DNA from: Candidatus Latescibacterota bacterium
GTDB taxonomy: Bacteria; Latescibacterota; UBA2968; UBA8231
DNA: 64,000 bases
Reading direction: 5' to 3'
Assembly (NCBI GenBank): GCA_965243025.1
Contig: CBDETY010000003.1
Location: 1,184,001 to 1,248,000 of the forward strand
Below the pieces are notes generated by a model. It made no database searches, was not told where the DNA came from, and worked only from the letters and a program-made list of their open reading frames with translations. The translations under genes and the position numbers were made by a program. Below, piece after piece: positions 18,831-27,515 of the stretch. Numbering within the stretch: position 1 is the first letter of the stretch; each line of letters opens with the position of its first letter.

Positions 18831-18859
18831 ATTCTAATTTCATTCGCAGTTTGCAGCAA
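18831..18859 (-). promoter_or_regulatory. Putative sigma70 promoter for the leftward envelope operon
   Basis: Minus strand reads TTGCTG-17 nt-TAGAAT in an AT-rich divergent intergenic region. The implied transcription start is about 60 nt upstream of ATG 18764. Confidence 0.55.
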
Positions 18860-18976
18860 CAAATCGCATCGCCGCCTCCCGGCCGGAGCGGGACCCGCCG
18901 GCGTTGCCGAATTCCGGGAATCTGGAGCATGCACCAGAGCAAGAAAGAACTGCATCCGTGCGCCGGGGCCGGTATA

Positions 18977-20893
18977 ATGCACCGGCTCTCCGTCCTTCTC
19001 ATCGCCGCCATCTGGCCGCTCAACGCCCTCGCGGCGGAGCCGGTGCAGATTGCCGAGCCGCAGGAGATCCTCGATCCGCACTGGCTCGGGGAGCGCCGCG
19101 AGGCCCAGCTGGGAATGGCCGGGGAAATCGGTGTTTTCCACGGCTTCCGGTTCAGCGACCGGGTCGAGGAGAGCGGCATCGCCTTCGAGCACCGCATTGT
19201 CGACGACGCCGGGCGCAACTGGAAGCCCAACCACTACGACCACGGCAACGGCATGGCGATCGCCGACGTCGACGCAGACGGCCGCTTCGACATCTACTTC
19301 GTCACCCAGGTCGGGTCCAACGAGCTGTACCGCAACCTCGGGGGGGCGCGGTTCGCCCTTTCGGAAGCCGGTCCGGACCTCGCCCTCGCCGACCGCATCG
19401 GGGTCGCCCCCTCGTTTGCCGACACCGACAACGACGGCGACCCCGATCTGTTCGTAACCAGCGTGCGCGGAGGAAACGCACTGCTGGCCAACGACGGGAG
19501 GGGAATGTTCCGCGACATATCGGGCAGGTCCGGCCTCGACTATTCAGGCCATTCCTCCGCCACGGTCTTCTTCGACTACAACCGGGACGGCATGCTCGAC
19601 GCCTTCGTCGCCAACGTCGGGAAATACACCCGCGGCAGCGAGCCTGCGCCCGTGATAGGGTTCGCCCGCGACGGCGACGACGGAGAGTTCAGCTACTACC
19701 CCGGGTACGCCGACGCCTTCGAGGGCCATTTGAAACCGCTGCGAACGGAGAGAAGTCATCTGTACGAGAACGGGGGGGAGAACCGCTTCGCCAACGTCAC
19801 TGCCCGAACGGGTCTTCTCGACGAAAGCTGGACCGGGGCGGCCACCCCGATCGATGTAAACGAGGACGGCTGGCTCGACCTGTACGTGCTGAACATGCAG
19901 GGGCATGACGAGTACTACGAGAACGACGGGGGCGAGCGTTTCACGCGCAAAAGCCGGGAGCGGTTTCCCAGGACTCCCTGGGGCTCGATGGGTGTGAAGG
20001 TCTTCGACTACGACCAGGACGGAAACCTCGATCTCTATCTCACCGACATGCACTCCGACATGAGCGAGGACATCGGCGTCGAGCGCGAGAAGCTGAAGGC
20101 CGACATGAAGTGGACGGAAAGCGTCCTGCGCAGCGGCGGCATGAGCATTTTCGGCAACGCCTTCTTCCGCAACGCCGGGGGAGGGGAGTTCGTGGAGATC
20201 TCCGACGCGAACGGAACCGAAAACTACTGGCCGTGGGGCCTGAGCGCCGGAGATCTCAACGCCGACGGGTACGAGGACCTGTTCGTCACCTCGAGCATGA
20301 ATTACGGCTTCCGCTACGGCGTCAACTCCCTGCTGCTCAACGACGGCTCGCGCTTCCACGACAGCGAGTTCATCCTCGGAGCGGAGCCGCGGCGCCGGGG
20401 CCGCACCGCCAAACCCTGGTTCGAGCTCCAGTGCTCGCGAGCCGACTCCTCCCACAATCTGTGTGAGAGCCACGAGGGCCCGCACGTCTTCTGGGGGGCT
20501 CTCGGCTCGCGCACTTCGGCGATCTTCGACCTCGACGACGACGGGGATCTCGACATCGTCACCGGGGAGTTCAACGACGGTCCCATGGTGCTTCTCAGCA
20601 ACCTGAGTGAGAGAAGAGAAAACCTGCGCTACCTGAAAGTCGCCCTGAGCGGCACCCGGACGAACCGGGACGGGCTCGGGTCCCGGGTCCGCGTTCACGC
20701 CGCCGGCAGGATGCTGACCAACATGTACGACGGGCAGTCGGGATACCTGTCGCAGAGCTCGTACCCGCTCTATTTCGGGCTCGGGGAGGCCGCCGAGGTC
20801 GACAGCGTCGAGGTGCGCTGGCTTTCCGGGCAGCGCCAGGTCGTCAGCGGCCCGATCGCGGCCAACCAGCTGATCCGGATCGTCGAGCCCTGA
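18977..20893 (+). CDS. CRTAC1-like FG-GAP repeat / ASPIC-UnbV protein
   Basis: Signal peptide MHRLSVLLIAAIWPLNALA, DxDxDG FG-GAP repeats, and C-terminal NRDGLGSRV...GYLSQS..LYFGLG. Confidence 0.9.
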   Translation: MHRLSVLLIAAIWPLNALAAEPVQIAEPQEILDPHWLGERREAQLGMAGEIGVFHGFRFSDRVEESGIAFEHRIVDDAGRNWKPNHYDHGNGMAIADVDADGRFDIYFVTQVGSNELYRNLGGARFALSEAGPDLALADRIGVAPSFADTDNDGDPDLFVTSVRGGNALLANDGRGMFRDISGRSGLDYSGHSSATVFFDYNRDGMLDAFVANVGKYTRGSEPAPVIGFARDGDDGEFSYYPGYADAFEGHLKPLRTERSHLYENGGENRFANVTARTGLLDESWTGAATPIDVNEDGWLDLYVLNMQGHDEYYENDGGERFTRKSRERFPRTPWGSMGVKVFDYDQDGNLDLYLTDMHSDMSEDIGVEREKLKADMKWTESVLRSGGMSIFGNAFFRNAGGGEFVEISDANGTENYWPWGLSAGDLNADGYEDLFVTSSMNYGFRYGVNSLLLNDGSRFHDSEFILGAEPRRRGRTAKPWFELQCSRADSSHNLCESHEGPHVFWGALGSRTSAIFDLDDDGDLDIVTGEFNDGPMVLLSNLSERRENLRYLKVALSGTRTNRDGLGSRVRVHAAGRMLTNMYDGQSGYLSQSSYPLYFGLGEAAEVDSVEVRWLSGQRQVVSGPIAANQLIRIVEP

Positions 20894-20908
20894 TGCCCCC
20901 GAGGGAGG

Positions 20909-22603
20909 TCAGCGCTCCCGCGGGCTCCTTCGCGTGACCTCGATCAGACGATTCACCTCGAGGTCTTTGATTACCTCCAGGTTCCCGTCCGGCCAGCGGA
21001 TCTCCAGCGCCTCGACGCTCCGCTCCCCCCCCAGGCCGAAGTGCAGCCTGGTATCGTCCTGGGAGAGATAGCCTGTCCCCGCCCTCACCTCGCGGATCTG
21101 GGAGGTCCCGCCGGCAACCACGGCGACGCGGGCGCCGACGGCCTGGGTGTTGTGTCCTTCCTGAATGAGCTTGACCTGCAGCCAGTTTCCCCGGTTGCCG
21201 CCGTCGTTGCGCAGCAGGGTCGGCGGCGAATCCTGGTTGACGACGACGAGGTCCAGGTCTCCGTCGTCGTCGAAATCGGCAAAGGCCGAACCCCTGCTGG
21301 GAGCGGCGACGGCGAACCCGCTTCCCGAGCTGTCCGACACATCGCGGAAACCGCCGCCGTCGTTCTCGAAGAGCTGGTTGCGCTGGTCGTAGCTCGAACC
21401 GACTCCATGGCCGTCGACGGCGGGGTAGACGTGGCCGTTGGCGACGAACAGGTCTTCGTCCCCGTCGTTGTCGGCGTCGAAGAAGGCGGCACCCCAGCCG
21501 AGCTCGGTGAAGCTGGCCGCCCCCAACCCCGCCGCGGAGCTGGCGTCGAAGAAGATCCCGTCTCCCATATTCCGGTACAGGGTGTTGTAATCGTTGGCGA
21601 AGTTGGTCACCAAGAGGTCGAAGTCGCCGTCGTTGTCGTAGTCGCCGGCGGCGATCCCCATGCCGGCCTGCTCCAGTCCGTTTTCGCTCAGGGCGGCGCC
21701 GCTGAGCTGCGCCGTCTCCTCGAAGCGGCCGCCGTCGTTGCGGTAGAGCAGGTTCGGGGTCGAGTCGTTGGCGATGTAGAGATCCGGGTCTCCGTCGTTG
21801 TCGAAATCCCCGGCCACGGCTCCCAGACCGTAGTAACGGTGTGCGGCCAATCCGAACTCTTCGTTGGCGACTGAATAGGACCAGGACTCTCCCGGCCCGT
21901 TGTTGCGGTAGAAGAGATCCCCGGCTCCGGCAAGGCCGGTCGGCCCGCAGAAGACGTCGAGACCCCGCCACCGGCACAGGTTCGGGTCCGGGGGGCGGTA
22001 CTCCGGATCGAAGTCGATGTAGTTGCTCAGGTAGAAGTCGAGATCGCCGTCCCCGTCGAAATCGGCGAAAGCTGCCGCCGACCCCCAACCGGGGTGGGCG
22101 ACTCCCGCCTGTGAGGCGACGTTCGTGAAGACCCCTCCGCTGTTCCGGTAAAGGGCGTTGGGACCGTAGTTCGCCAGGAAGAGATCGAGCCATCCGTCGG
22201 CGTTGTAATCGGCCGGAGTGCAGCCCATTCCCCAGCCGGCGTGATCGACTCCGACGCCCGTGCCGACGTCGGTGAAGCGCCAGTCCCCCTCGTTGCGGAA
22301 CAGGGCGGCGCGCGGCTCCTCCCCATTCTCGAAACCCCCGAGCCGGGAGCCGTTGACGATGTAGATGTCGACGTCGCCGTCGTTGTCGTAGTCGAACACC
22401 GCGGTACCCCCGGTCGTGCTCTCGACGATGTACTCCTTGGCCGGAGTGCCCGAAACGGTGAGCAGGTCGACCCCGCTGGCCTCGGCGACGTCGACGAACG
22501 CCGGCCACTCCCCAGCCCGGGGACCGGGACCGGTATCCGCCAGACCGGGTGCCGCAGTCAGGGCCGCGAGCGCGCCAGCCGCCTTGAACCCGCTCGCGCT
22601 CAC
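20909..22603 (-). CDS. CRTAC1-like FG-GAP repeat / ASPIC-UnbV protein
   Basis: C-terminal part of the 994-aa track ORF. The GTG start overlaps the TGA of the upstream TPR gene (GTGA coupling). FG-GAP repeats and GYLSQDD..LHFGLG. Confidence 0.85.
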   Translation of the reverse strand: MSASGFKAAGALAALTAAPGLADTGPGPRAGEWPAFVDVAEASGVDLLTVSGTPAKEYIVESTTGGTAVFDYDNDGDVDIYIVNGSRLGGFENGEEPRAALFRNEGDWRFTDVGTGVGVDHAGWGMGCTPADYNADGWLDLFLANYGPNALYRNSGGVFTNVASQAGVAHPGWGSAAAFADFDGDGDLDFYLSNYIDFDPEYRPPDPNLCRWRGLDVFCGPTGLAGAGDLFYRNNGPGESWSYSVANEEFGLAAHRYYGLGAVAGDFDNDGDPDLYIANDSTPNLLYRNDGGRFEETAQLSGAALSENGLEQAGMGIAAGDYDNDGDFDLLVTNFANDYNTLYRNMGDGIFFDASSAAGLGAASFTELGWGAAFFDADNDGDEDLFVANGHVYPAVDGHGVGSSYDQRNQLFENDGGGFRDVSDSSGSGFAVAAPSRGSAFADFDDDGDLDLVVVNQDSPPTLLRNDGGNRGNWLQVKLIQEGHNTQAVGARVAVVAGGTSQIREVRAGTGYLSQDDTRLHFGLGGERSVEALEIRWPDGNLEVIKDLEVNRLIEVTRRSPRER

Positions 22604-24150
22604 CGGGACTCGAGCTGGTCGATCCGCGCGCGCACTTCCCCCAGACGTTCGTCTCCCGGGGAGGCGTTGGCGGCGAAAGCCCTGTACGCCTCCCGGGCGG
22701 CCCGGAGGTCGTCGTTTCGATCGTGTGCCCTGGCAAGGGCGAGATGCCCCTGGGCGAAGGATGGTCTCGACTCCACGAGGCGTTCGAGCTCCTCGATGGC
22801 CTCGTCCAGCTTTCCGGCGCGTTCCAGGCAGGTGGCGAGACCGTACCGGGCCCCGGTGAGGTCCGGAGCATGCCGCAGCGCCGCACGGTAAGACTCCCCG
22901 GCCGCGGCGAGCCGACCCTGCATCGCGCGCACGTTGCCGAGGCCGACGTGGGCGTCGGCGAAAGAGCTGTCGAGGGAAGCGCTCCGCGCGAACGCCTCGG
23001 CCGCATCTTCCAGTCTGCCCTCGCGTGCGCCGGCAAAGCCGATGACATACCAGGCACGGCTGGCGACAGGGGCTTCCGGAGATGCGGAAACCGCCCTGCG
23101 GGCCCGGGCAACCGCCTCCTCGAGCTTGCCCCCGTGCAGCAGCAGCCGGCTCGACCCGGCCAGCGCCTGAACCTGACCGGGCTGGCGCTGCAGCAGGGCG
23201 TCGAAGGCTTCGAGGGCTGCGTCGGTCTGGCCGAGTTCCGAGTAGGAGGCCGCCAGCTGCAGGTAGATTCGGGCGTCTCCTTCTCCCCTGGAGATGGTTC
23301 GTTGCAGGCGCTCGGCGAGGTCGACGTGATGGCTGAGGCGCTCGAACTCGGCCAGCAGGCTCTTCGCCTCCCGGGAGCGCCCCTGGATCGCCAGCAGGTT
23401 GGCGAGGTTGTGATGCAGCTTCTCGTGCCCCGGCCCGATGTCGAGGGCGCGCCGGAAAAGCTCTTCGGCTTCCCGGTAGTGTCCGGCGCCGGTCAGGACG
23501 AGCCCGAGCTCGCGCAGGGATTCGACGTCCCTTCCGTCGACAGCCAGGGCCCTGCGGAAGGCCGCCTCCGCCTCTTCCCGGCGCCCGAGCATCCTCATGA
23601 AGTTGCCCAGGGCCTGGTGCGACCGCACGTCCGTGGAGTCGGCGCGGATGGCGCGAATCAGGGCTTCTTCCGCCCTGGAGTATTCCCCCTGCTGCTGGTG
23701 GAAGAAAGCCGCGAAGCGGTGGGACTCGGCGGCCCCCGGATCTATTCGCAGGGCCCGGTCCAACTGCTCCAGGGCCTCGGGGTACCGCCCCTGCTCGCCG
23801 TAGGCTGCGGCGAGGTTGTGATACGATGGGAGGAACGTCGAATCGAGGCGGATGGCGGTCCGGTAAGCGGCTATGGCATCCTCCCAGCGCCACAGCCCGA
23901 CGTAGGCGTTGCCGAGGTAGCAGTAGGCGGGGGCGTACAGGGAATCCAGGGCGACGGCGGCTCCGTAGGCCTCGGTAGCCTCCTGGAAACGACCTTCCTG
24001 AAGGTGGGCGTTGCCCTGCTGGTAGTGGCGGTCCCTGTCCGGGTGCCCCGGCGGGGGCGATGGGGCGGGCAGATGCTGTTCACATCCGGAAATCGAGCCG
24101 GCCAGCACCCACCAGAGCAGGGAGCCGGAAAGGAGGCGGAGGGTGTCCAA
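22600..24150 (-). CDS. Tetratricopeptide-repeat protein (probable lipoprotein)
   Basis: Lipobox-like ISGC followed by many 34-aa TPR units (AYCYLGNAY..., SYHNLAAAY...). Confidence 0.85.
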   Translation of the reverse strand: MDTLRLLSGSLLWWVLAGSISGCEQHLPAPSPPPGHPDRDRHYQQGNAHLQEGRFQEATEAYGAAVALDSLYAPAYCYLGNAYVGLWRWEDAIAAYRTAIRLDSTFLPSYHNLAAAYGEQGRYPEALEQLDRALRIDPGAAESHRFAAFFHQQQGEYSRAEEALIRAIRADSTDVRSHQALGNFMRMLGRREEAEAAFRRALAVDGRDVESLRELGLVLTGAGHYREAEELFRRALDIGPGHEKLHHNLANLLAIQGRSREAKSLLAEFERLSHHVDLAERLQRTISRGEGDARIYLQLAASYSELGQTDAALEAFDALLQRQPGQVQALAGSSRLLLHGGKLEEAVARARRAVSASPEAPVASRAWYVIGFAGAREGRLEDAAEAFARSASLDSSFADAHVGLGNVRAMQGRLAAAGESYRAALRHAPDLTGARYGLATCLERAGKLDEAIEELERLVESRPSFAQGHLALARAHDRNDDLRAAREAYRAFAANASPGDERLGEVRARIDQLESR

Positions 24151-24151
24151 G

Positions 24152-26341
24152 TCAGGAACCTCCCAGGCGGTAGCTGGTCAGGTCGAGACGCGTGAACCGG
24201 TCCTTGCCCTCGACGACCTCGATGAAGGCATCCATGGGGACACTCGGGAACAGCTGGGTTCGCCCCGTCGACGGCCAGTGCACCTCGAGGTTCTCGATCC
24301 GGACGGCATCCCCGAGACCGATGGTCTGGCGCAGCGGGTTGGCGCCGAACGAGCCGCCGCTTCCGACCGACTTGTAGATGGATCGAGGCCCGTCGGGAGT
24401 ATCGACCGCGACCTTTATGCGCGCACCGATGGCGGAGCGGTTGGAGCCGGTTCCCACCAGCCTGACCGACAGCCAGCGATTGCCGAATCCCGGGTTTTCG
24501 TAGAGGGTGTCGCCGAAGCGGTCGCCCGGGTAGGCGCCCCCCATCTCGGCGAACACGTCCTGGTCGCCGTCGTTGTCGAAATCGGCAAAGGCGATCCCGT
24601 GACCCTTCTGCAGGTGCCCCATTCCGGAGGCGGCGGTGACGTCGAGAAACCCGCCGCCGCCGTCGTTGCGGTAGAGCATGTTGGGCATCAGGTCCTCGTA
24701 GTGCACGTCGCCGGTTCCGAGGTAGAAGTCGAGGAACCCGTCGTTGTCGATGTCGCCGAAGTTGGAGCCCATCGGCGTCGTCGGGCGCAGCAGGTTGAGG
24801 TCTGCGGCCACGTCGGCAAAGCCCCCGGTCCCGTCGTTGCGGTACAGACGCGCCATCTCGGCATCGTGCGGCAGTCCGAGATAGGAGGCGGCGAGGTGCT
24901 CGATGCCGGCCTCGTAGGAGGCGACGTAGAGATCGAGGTCGCCGTCGTTGTCGAAGTCCCAGAACCAGCAGGGGAAGCTCGACCTCGGCCAGGCCACACC
25001 GAGCCGCATGGCTGCGTCGGCGAAGGTGCCGTCCCGGTTGTTGCGGTAGAGCCGGTTGAACCCGTCGAGATTGGAAACGTACAGATCGGGGAAACCGTCC
25101 CCGTCGTAGTCCCCCCAGGCGACACCTTTGGAAAAGCGATGGTTGCCGACCCCGGCCTGGAGGGCGGTCTCCTCGAAGCGGCCGTTTCCCAGGTTCAGGA
25201 ACAGCTGGGAGGGTGCCGAAAGCTCCCCGGTGGACTCGTTGCCGATGTAGAGGTCGAGGTCGCCGTCGAGGTCGCAATCGGCCCAGGACCCGGTCTGGGT
25301 GGGATAATGCCTCTCACCCAGGCCGGCGGCGAAGGAGACATCCGTAAAACCGCTCCCGCCGTCGTTGCGCAGGAGTGAGTTGGGATGCCTGCCTGCCCTC
25401 CCTGACCAGGCGCCCCGCAACACCAGGGCGTCGACGAAACCGTCGTTGTCGTAGTCTGCCTGAACGAGGTTCAGCCCTCCGTAAATCCCCCTGAGTCCCG
25501 CTTTCCCGGTGGCGTCGGTGAAGGTCCCGTCGGCGCCGTTGCGGAAGAACCGCAGCTGGCCGCGCGTATCCCAGTTGGAGACGAGCAGATCGAGGTGGTG
25601 GTCGTTGTCGAAATCGTCGGCGATCACCCCCCCGGAAAGGCCGAAGGTGTCGACCCCGAGCCGGGGGGCGACGTTCAGCAGCCGCGGGAATTCCCCTTCC
25701 GACCGGAACGCCTCCAGCGGAATCAGAAGATCGGGCGGCAGCGATCGGGGGTGCTCCCCGAGGGTCATGCAGGCGATGTTGAGCAGCCATCGCGCCTGCA
25801 TCCACTGCTTCGAGCCTGGGGGAGCGTCGCGCAGCACCTCCCTGAAATGGGCGGCCGCCCGGCGGGAACCTTCCTCGACCTTGTGGATGCCTCCCGGCCG
25901 GATCGGCAGGATGCAGCTGTCGGTGGTGAAGCGCAGGCAGCAGTTCTCGGTCTCGCCCAGGCGCAGGTAGGCGAGGCCGAGCCGGAATTCCAGTTCCGAG
26001 GCGACTGCCGGGTCGCGTACCGGGAGCGCCATGTACAGGGACCTGGCCGAATCCAGCCGCGCGATCGCTTGCCGCTCGCGCCCCAGGTAGAGGAGGGCGA
26101 TTCCCAGCCGGTAGTTCAGGCTGGATCGCGTCTGGACGGAGGCGCCGGCTGGCAAGGTCGACAGCTGCCGCTCCAGGCGTCCGGCTTCGAAACTACCGAG
26201 GTAGGGATGCTCTTCCGGGGTGAGATCTGCAACCTGGGCAAGGGCGCGCACCATGCGCTCGTGGCTGGAACGCGCCAGTCCGGGCGTTATCTCTGCCTCG
26301 ACCTGGCCGGCAAGACAGAGGGTGGCCAGGACGGTCGCCAT
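24152..26341 (-). CDS. CRTAC1-like FG-GAP/ASPIC-UnbV protein with helical TPR-like, Cys/His-containing N-terminal domain
   Basis: Signal peptide from MATVLATLCLAG. Segment LRLGETENCC...SCILP...H precedes FG-GAP repeats, then NRSAIGARI...GGSFG. Confidence 0.85.
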   Translation of the reverse strand: MATVLATLCLAGQVEAEITPGLARSSHERMVRALAQVADLTPEEHPYLGSFEAGRLERQLSTLPAGASVQTRSSLNYRLGIALLYLGRERQAIARLDSARSLYMALPVRDPAVASELEFRLGLAYLRLGETENCCLRFTTDSCILPIRPGGIHKVEEGSRRAAAHFREVLRDAPPGSKQWMQARWLLNIACMTLGEHPRSLPPDLLIPLEAFRSEGEFPRLLNVAPRLGVDTFGLSGGVIADDFDNDHHLDLLVSNWDTRGQLRFFRNGADGTFTDATGKAGLRGIYGGLNLVQADYDNDGFVDALVLRGAWSGRAGRHPNSLLRNDGGSGFTDVSFAAGLGERHYPTQTGSWADCDLDGDLDLYIGNESTGELSAPSQLFLNLGNGRFEETALQAGVGNHRFSKGVAWGDYDGDGFPDLYVSNLDGFNRLYRNNRDGTFADAAMRLGVAWPRSSFPCWFWDFDNDGDLDLYVASYEAGIEHLAASYLGLPHDAEMARLYRNDGTGGFADVAADLNLLRPTTPMGSNFGDIDNDGFLDFYLGTGDVHYEDLMPNMLYRNDGGGGFLDVTAASGMGHLQKGHGIAFADFDNDGDQDVFAEMGGAYPGDRFGDTLYENPGFGNRWLSVRLVGTGSNRSAIGARIKVAVDTPDGPRSIYKSVGSGGSFGANPLRQTIGLGDAVRIENLEVHWPSTGRTQLFPSVPMDAFIEVVEGKDRFTRLDLTSYRLGGS

Positions 26342-26419
26342 GCCGCCTGTTCGGATCACCGGTCTGCGGGATGGAAGCGAAGGATGAGGGCGTACGTGAG
26401 GAAAGGAACCCGCGGGCCC

Positions 26420-26456
26420 AAAAAAAGGGGGATGCACGATTCGTGCACCCCCCTTT
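26420..26456 (-). terminator. Rho-independent terminator of the 26493-27413 gene
   Basis: Minus strand: GGGGGGTGCAC-GAATC-GTGCATCCCCC followed by T7, about 37 nt after the stop codon. Confidence 0.9.
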
Positions 26457-26492
26457 GAGACCGAATCGGACCGGAGGTCCGAAGCAATCAAC

Positions 26493-27413
26493 CTACTTGA
26501 CGAAGGCTTCCTTGATGCGTCCCCAGGAGTCCTCTTCCACCGCGGTGAAATCAACGCGCGGGTCGACCGGGGCGAGCAGGAAGTCGGAAGCCGAAGCCGA
26601 GGTCTTCCAGGCATCGGCGGCGCCGGACATGAACCAGGTCTCCACCGGCGGCTTCTCCTCGTTGGTGCCGGAGCCGTCCTGGTCGCCGAACATCCACCCC
26701 AGACCGATGATGTTCTCCTCGGTGAGGTCGTGCTGGACCGAGGCGCCCGGATCGTTCCAGATGAACTCGTCCCACATCACGCGGTTGAACTCGATGTAGA
26801 CGGTTGCCTCGCCCTGGTTCAGCTGTCCGTCGATCTGGAAGCCCCAGTCCATGTACTCGGGCTGGTCATGCCAGGTCGACTGGCTGACCCAGAACCACGC
26901 CCAGGTCTCGCCGCCTTCGCCGGTGCTGCCGGGAAGGTCCGGGAAACGGGTGTGGTAGGTCTGCGCATAGCGGCCCATGTTCAGGGCGCGCTCGTCGGCA
27001 TCCGGAAAATCGTCGCCGCTTACCCAGAAAGGCTCGCCGCCGTGGTCGCCGTCGTGATGCATCTCGATGGTGTCATCGCCGCCGGCTCCGCCGCCGACGC
27101 CGTCGCGATCGTAGAAATCATCGAAACGCTGGTCCATCACATAGAGCTTGTTCTCGCTCTCGCTCCAGCCGACGATGACTTCGGAGTTGAGATCGCTGAA
27201 GTCAGTCGGGGGGTTGCCTTCGCCGTCGAGGCAGATCGAGAAGGGGATGCGGTAATCGTCCGGAACGATTTCCCATTCCGAAAGGTCCCCGTCCAAGGTC
27301 GGCTCGGTGCCGGCCGGCCACTGGAAGGCCTGATGGACGACCCCTTCGGGAGCATGGGCGAAGGCGGCGGATGCCAGACCCAGGCTCAGGACTAAGGTGA
27401 GAAGGCGCTTCAT
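26493..27413 (-). CDS. Acidic secreted protein, CBM9/DOMON-like fold, with C-terminal TAVExxSWGRIK motif
   Basis: Signal peptide ending AFA, PTLDGDLSEW CBM9-like start, C-terminus FTAVEEDSWGRIKEAFVK, and a GGAGG RBS. Confidence 0.75.
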   Translation of the reverse strand: MKRLLTLVLSLGLASAAFAHAPEGVVHQAFQWPAGTEPTLDGDLSEWEIVPDDYRIPFSICLDGEGNPPTDFSDLNSEVIVGWSESENKLYVMDQRFDDFYDRDGVGGGAGGDDTIEMHHDGDHGGEPFWVSGDDFPDADERALNMGRYAQTYHTRFPDLPGSTGEGGETWAWFWVSQSTWHDQPEYMDWGFQIDGQLNQGEATVYIEFNRVMWDEFIWNDPGASVQHDLTEENIIGLGWMFGDQDGSGTNEEKPPVETWFMSGAADAWKTSASASDFLLAPVDPRVDFTAVEEDSWGRIKEAFVK

Positions 27414-27464
27414 ATCGGTGATTTTCCTCCGTCAGAGATTGCGATTGGCGCCAAACAAGCCGGG

Positions 27465-27493
27465 AAATTACGGCAAAACCCCGGAAAATCCAA
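27465..27493 (-). promoter_or_regulatory. Possible sigma70 promoter for the 26493-27413 gene
   Basis: Minus strand TTGGAT-17 nt-TAATTT, upstream of the GGAGG RBS. Confidence 0.35.
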
Positions 27494-27515
27494 ATCCCTC
27501 CCGGGGCAGGGCGGA

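Noticed and set aside
18973-18978. Perfect TATAAT just before the plus-strand ASPIC/UnbV gene
   Set aside because: It overlaps the likely ATG (18977), so transcription would start inside the gene, and there is no convincing -35.
20909-25700. Recurrent gtcgccgtcgttgtcgtagtc-like DNA repeats
   Set aside because: They encode DYDNDGD FG-GAP motifs, are irregularly spaced and have no spacer structure, so they are not a CRISPR array or DGR repeat.
4686-26341. Enediyne or other biosynthetic cluster suggested by the UnbV domains
   Set aside because: No PKS, NRPS, thioesterase or tailoring genes are present in the window.
27435-27455. Possible sigma54 promoter (TGGC...GC) upstream of 27413
   Set aside because: The GG-to-GC spacing is 8 nt rather than the required 10.
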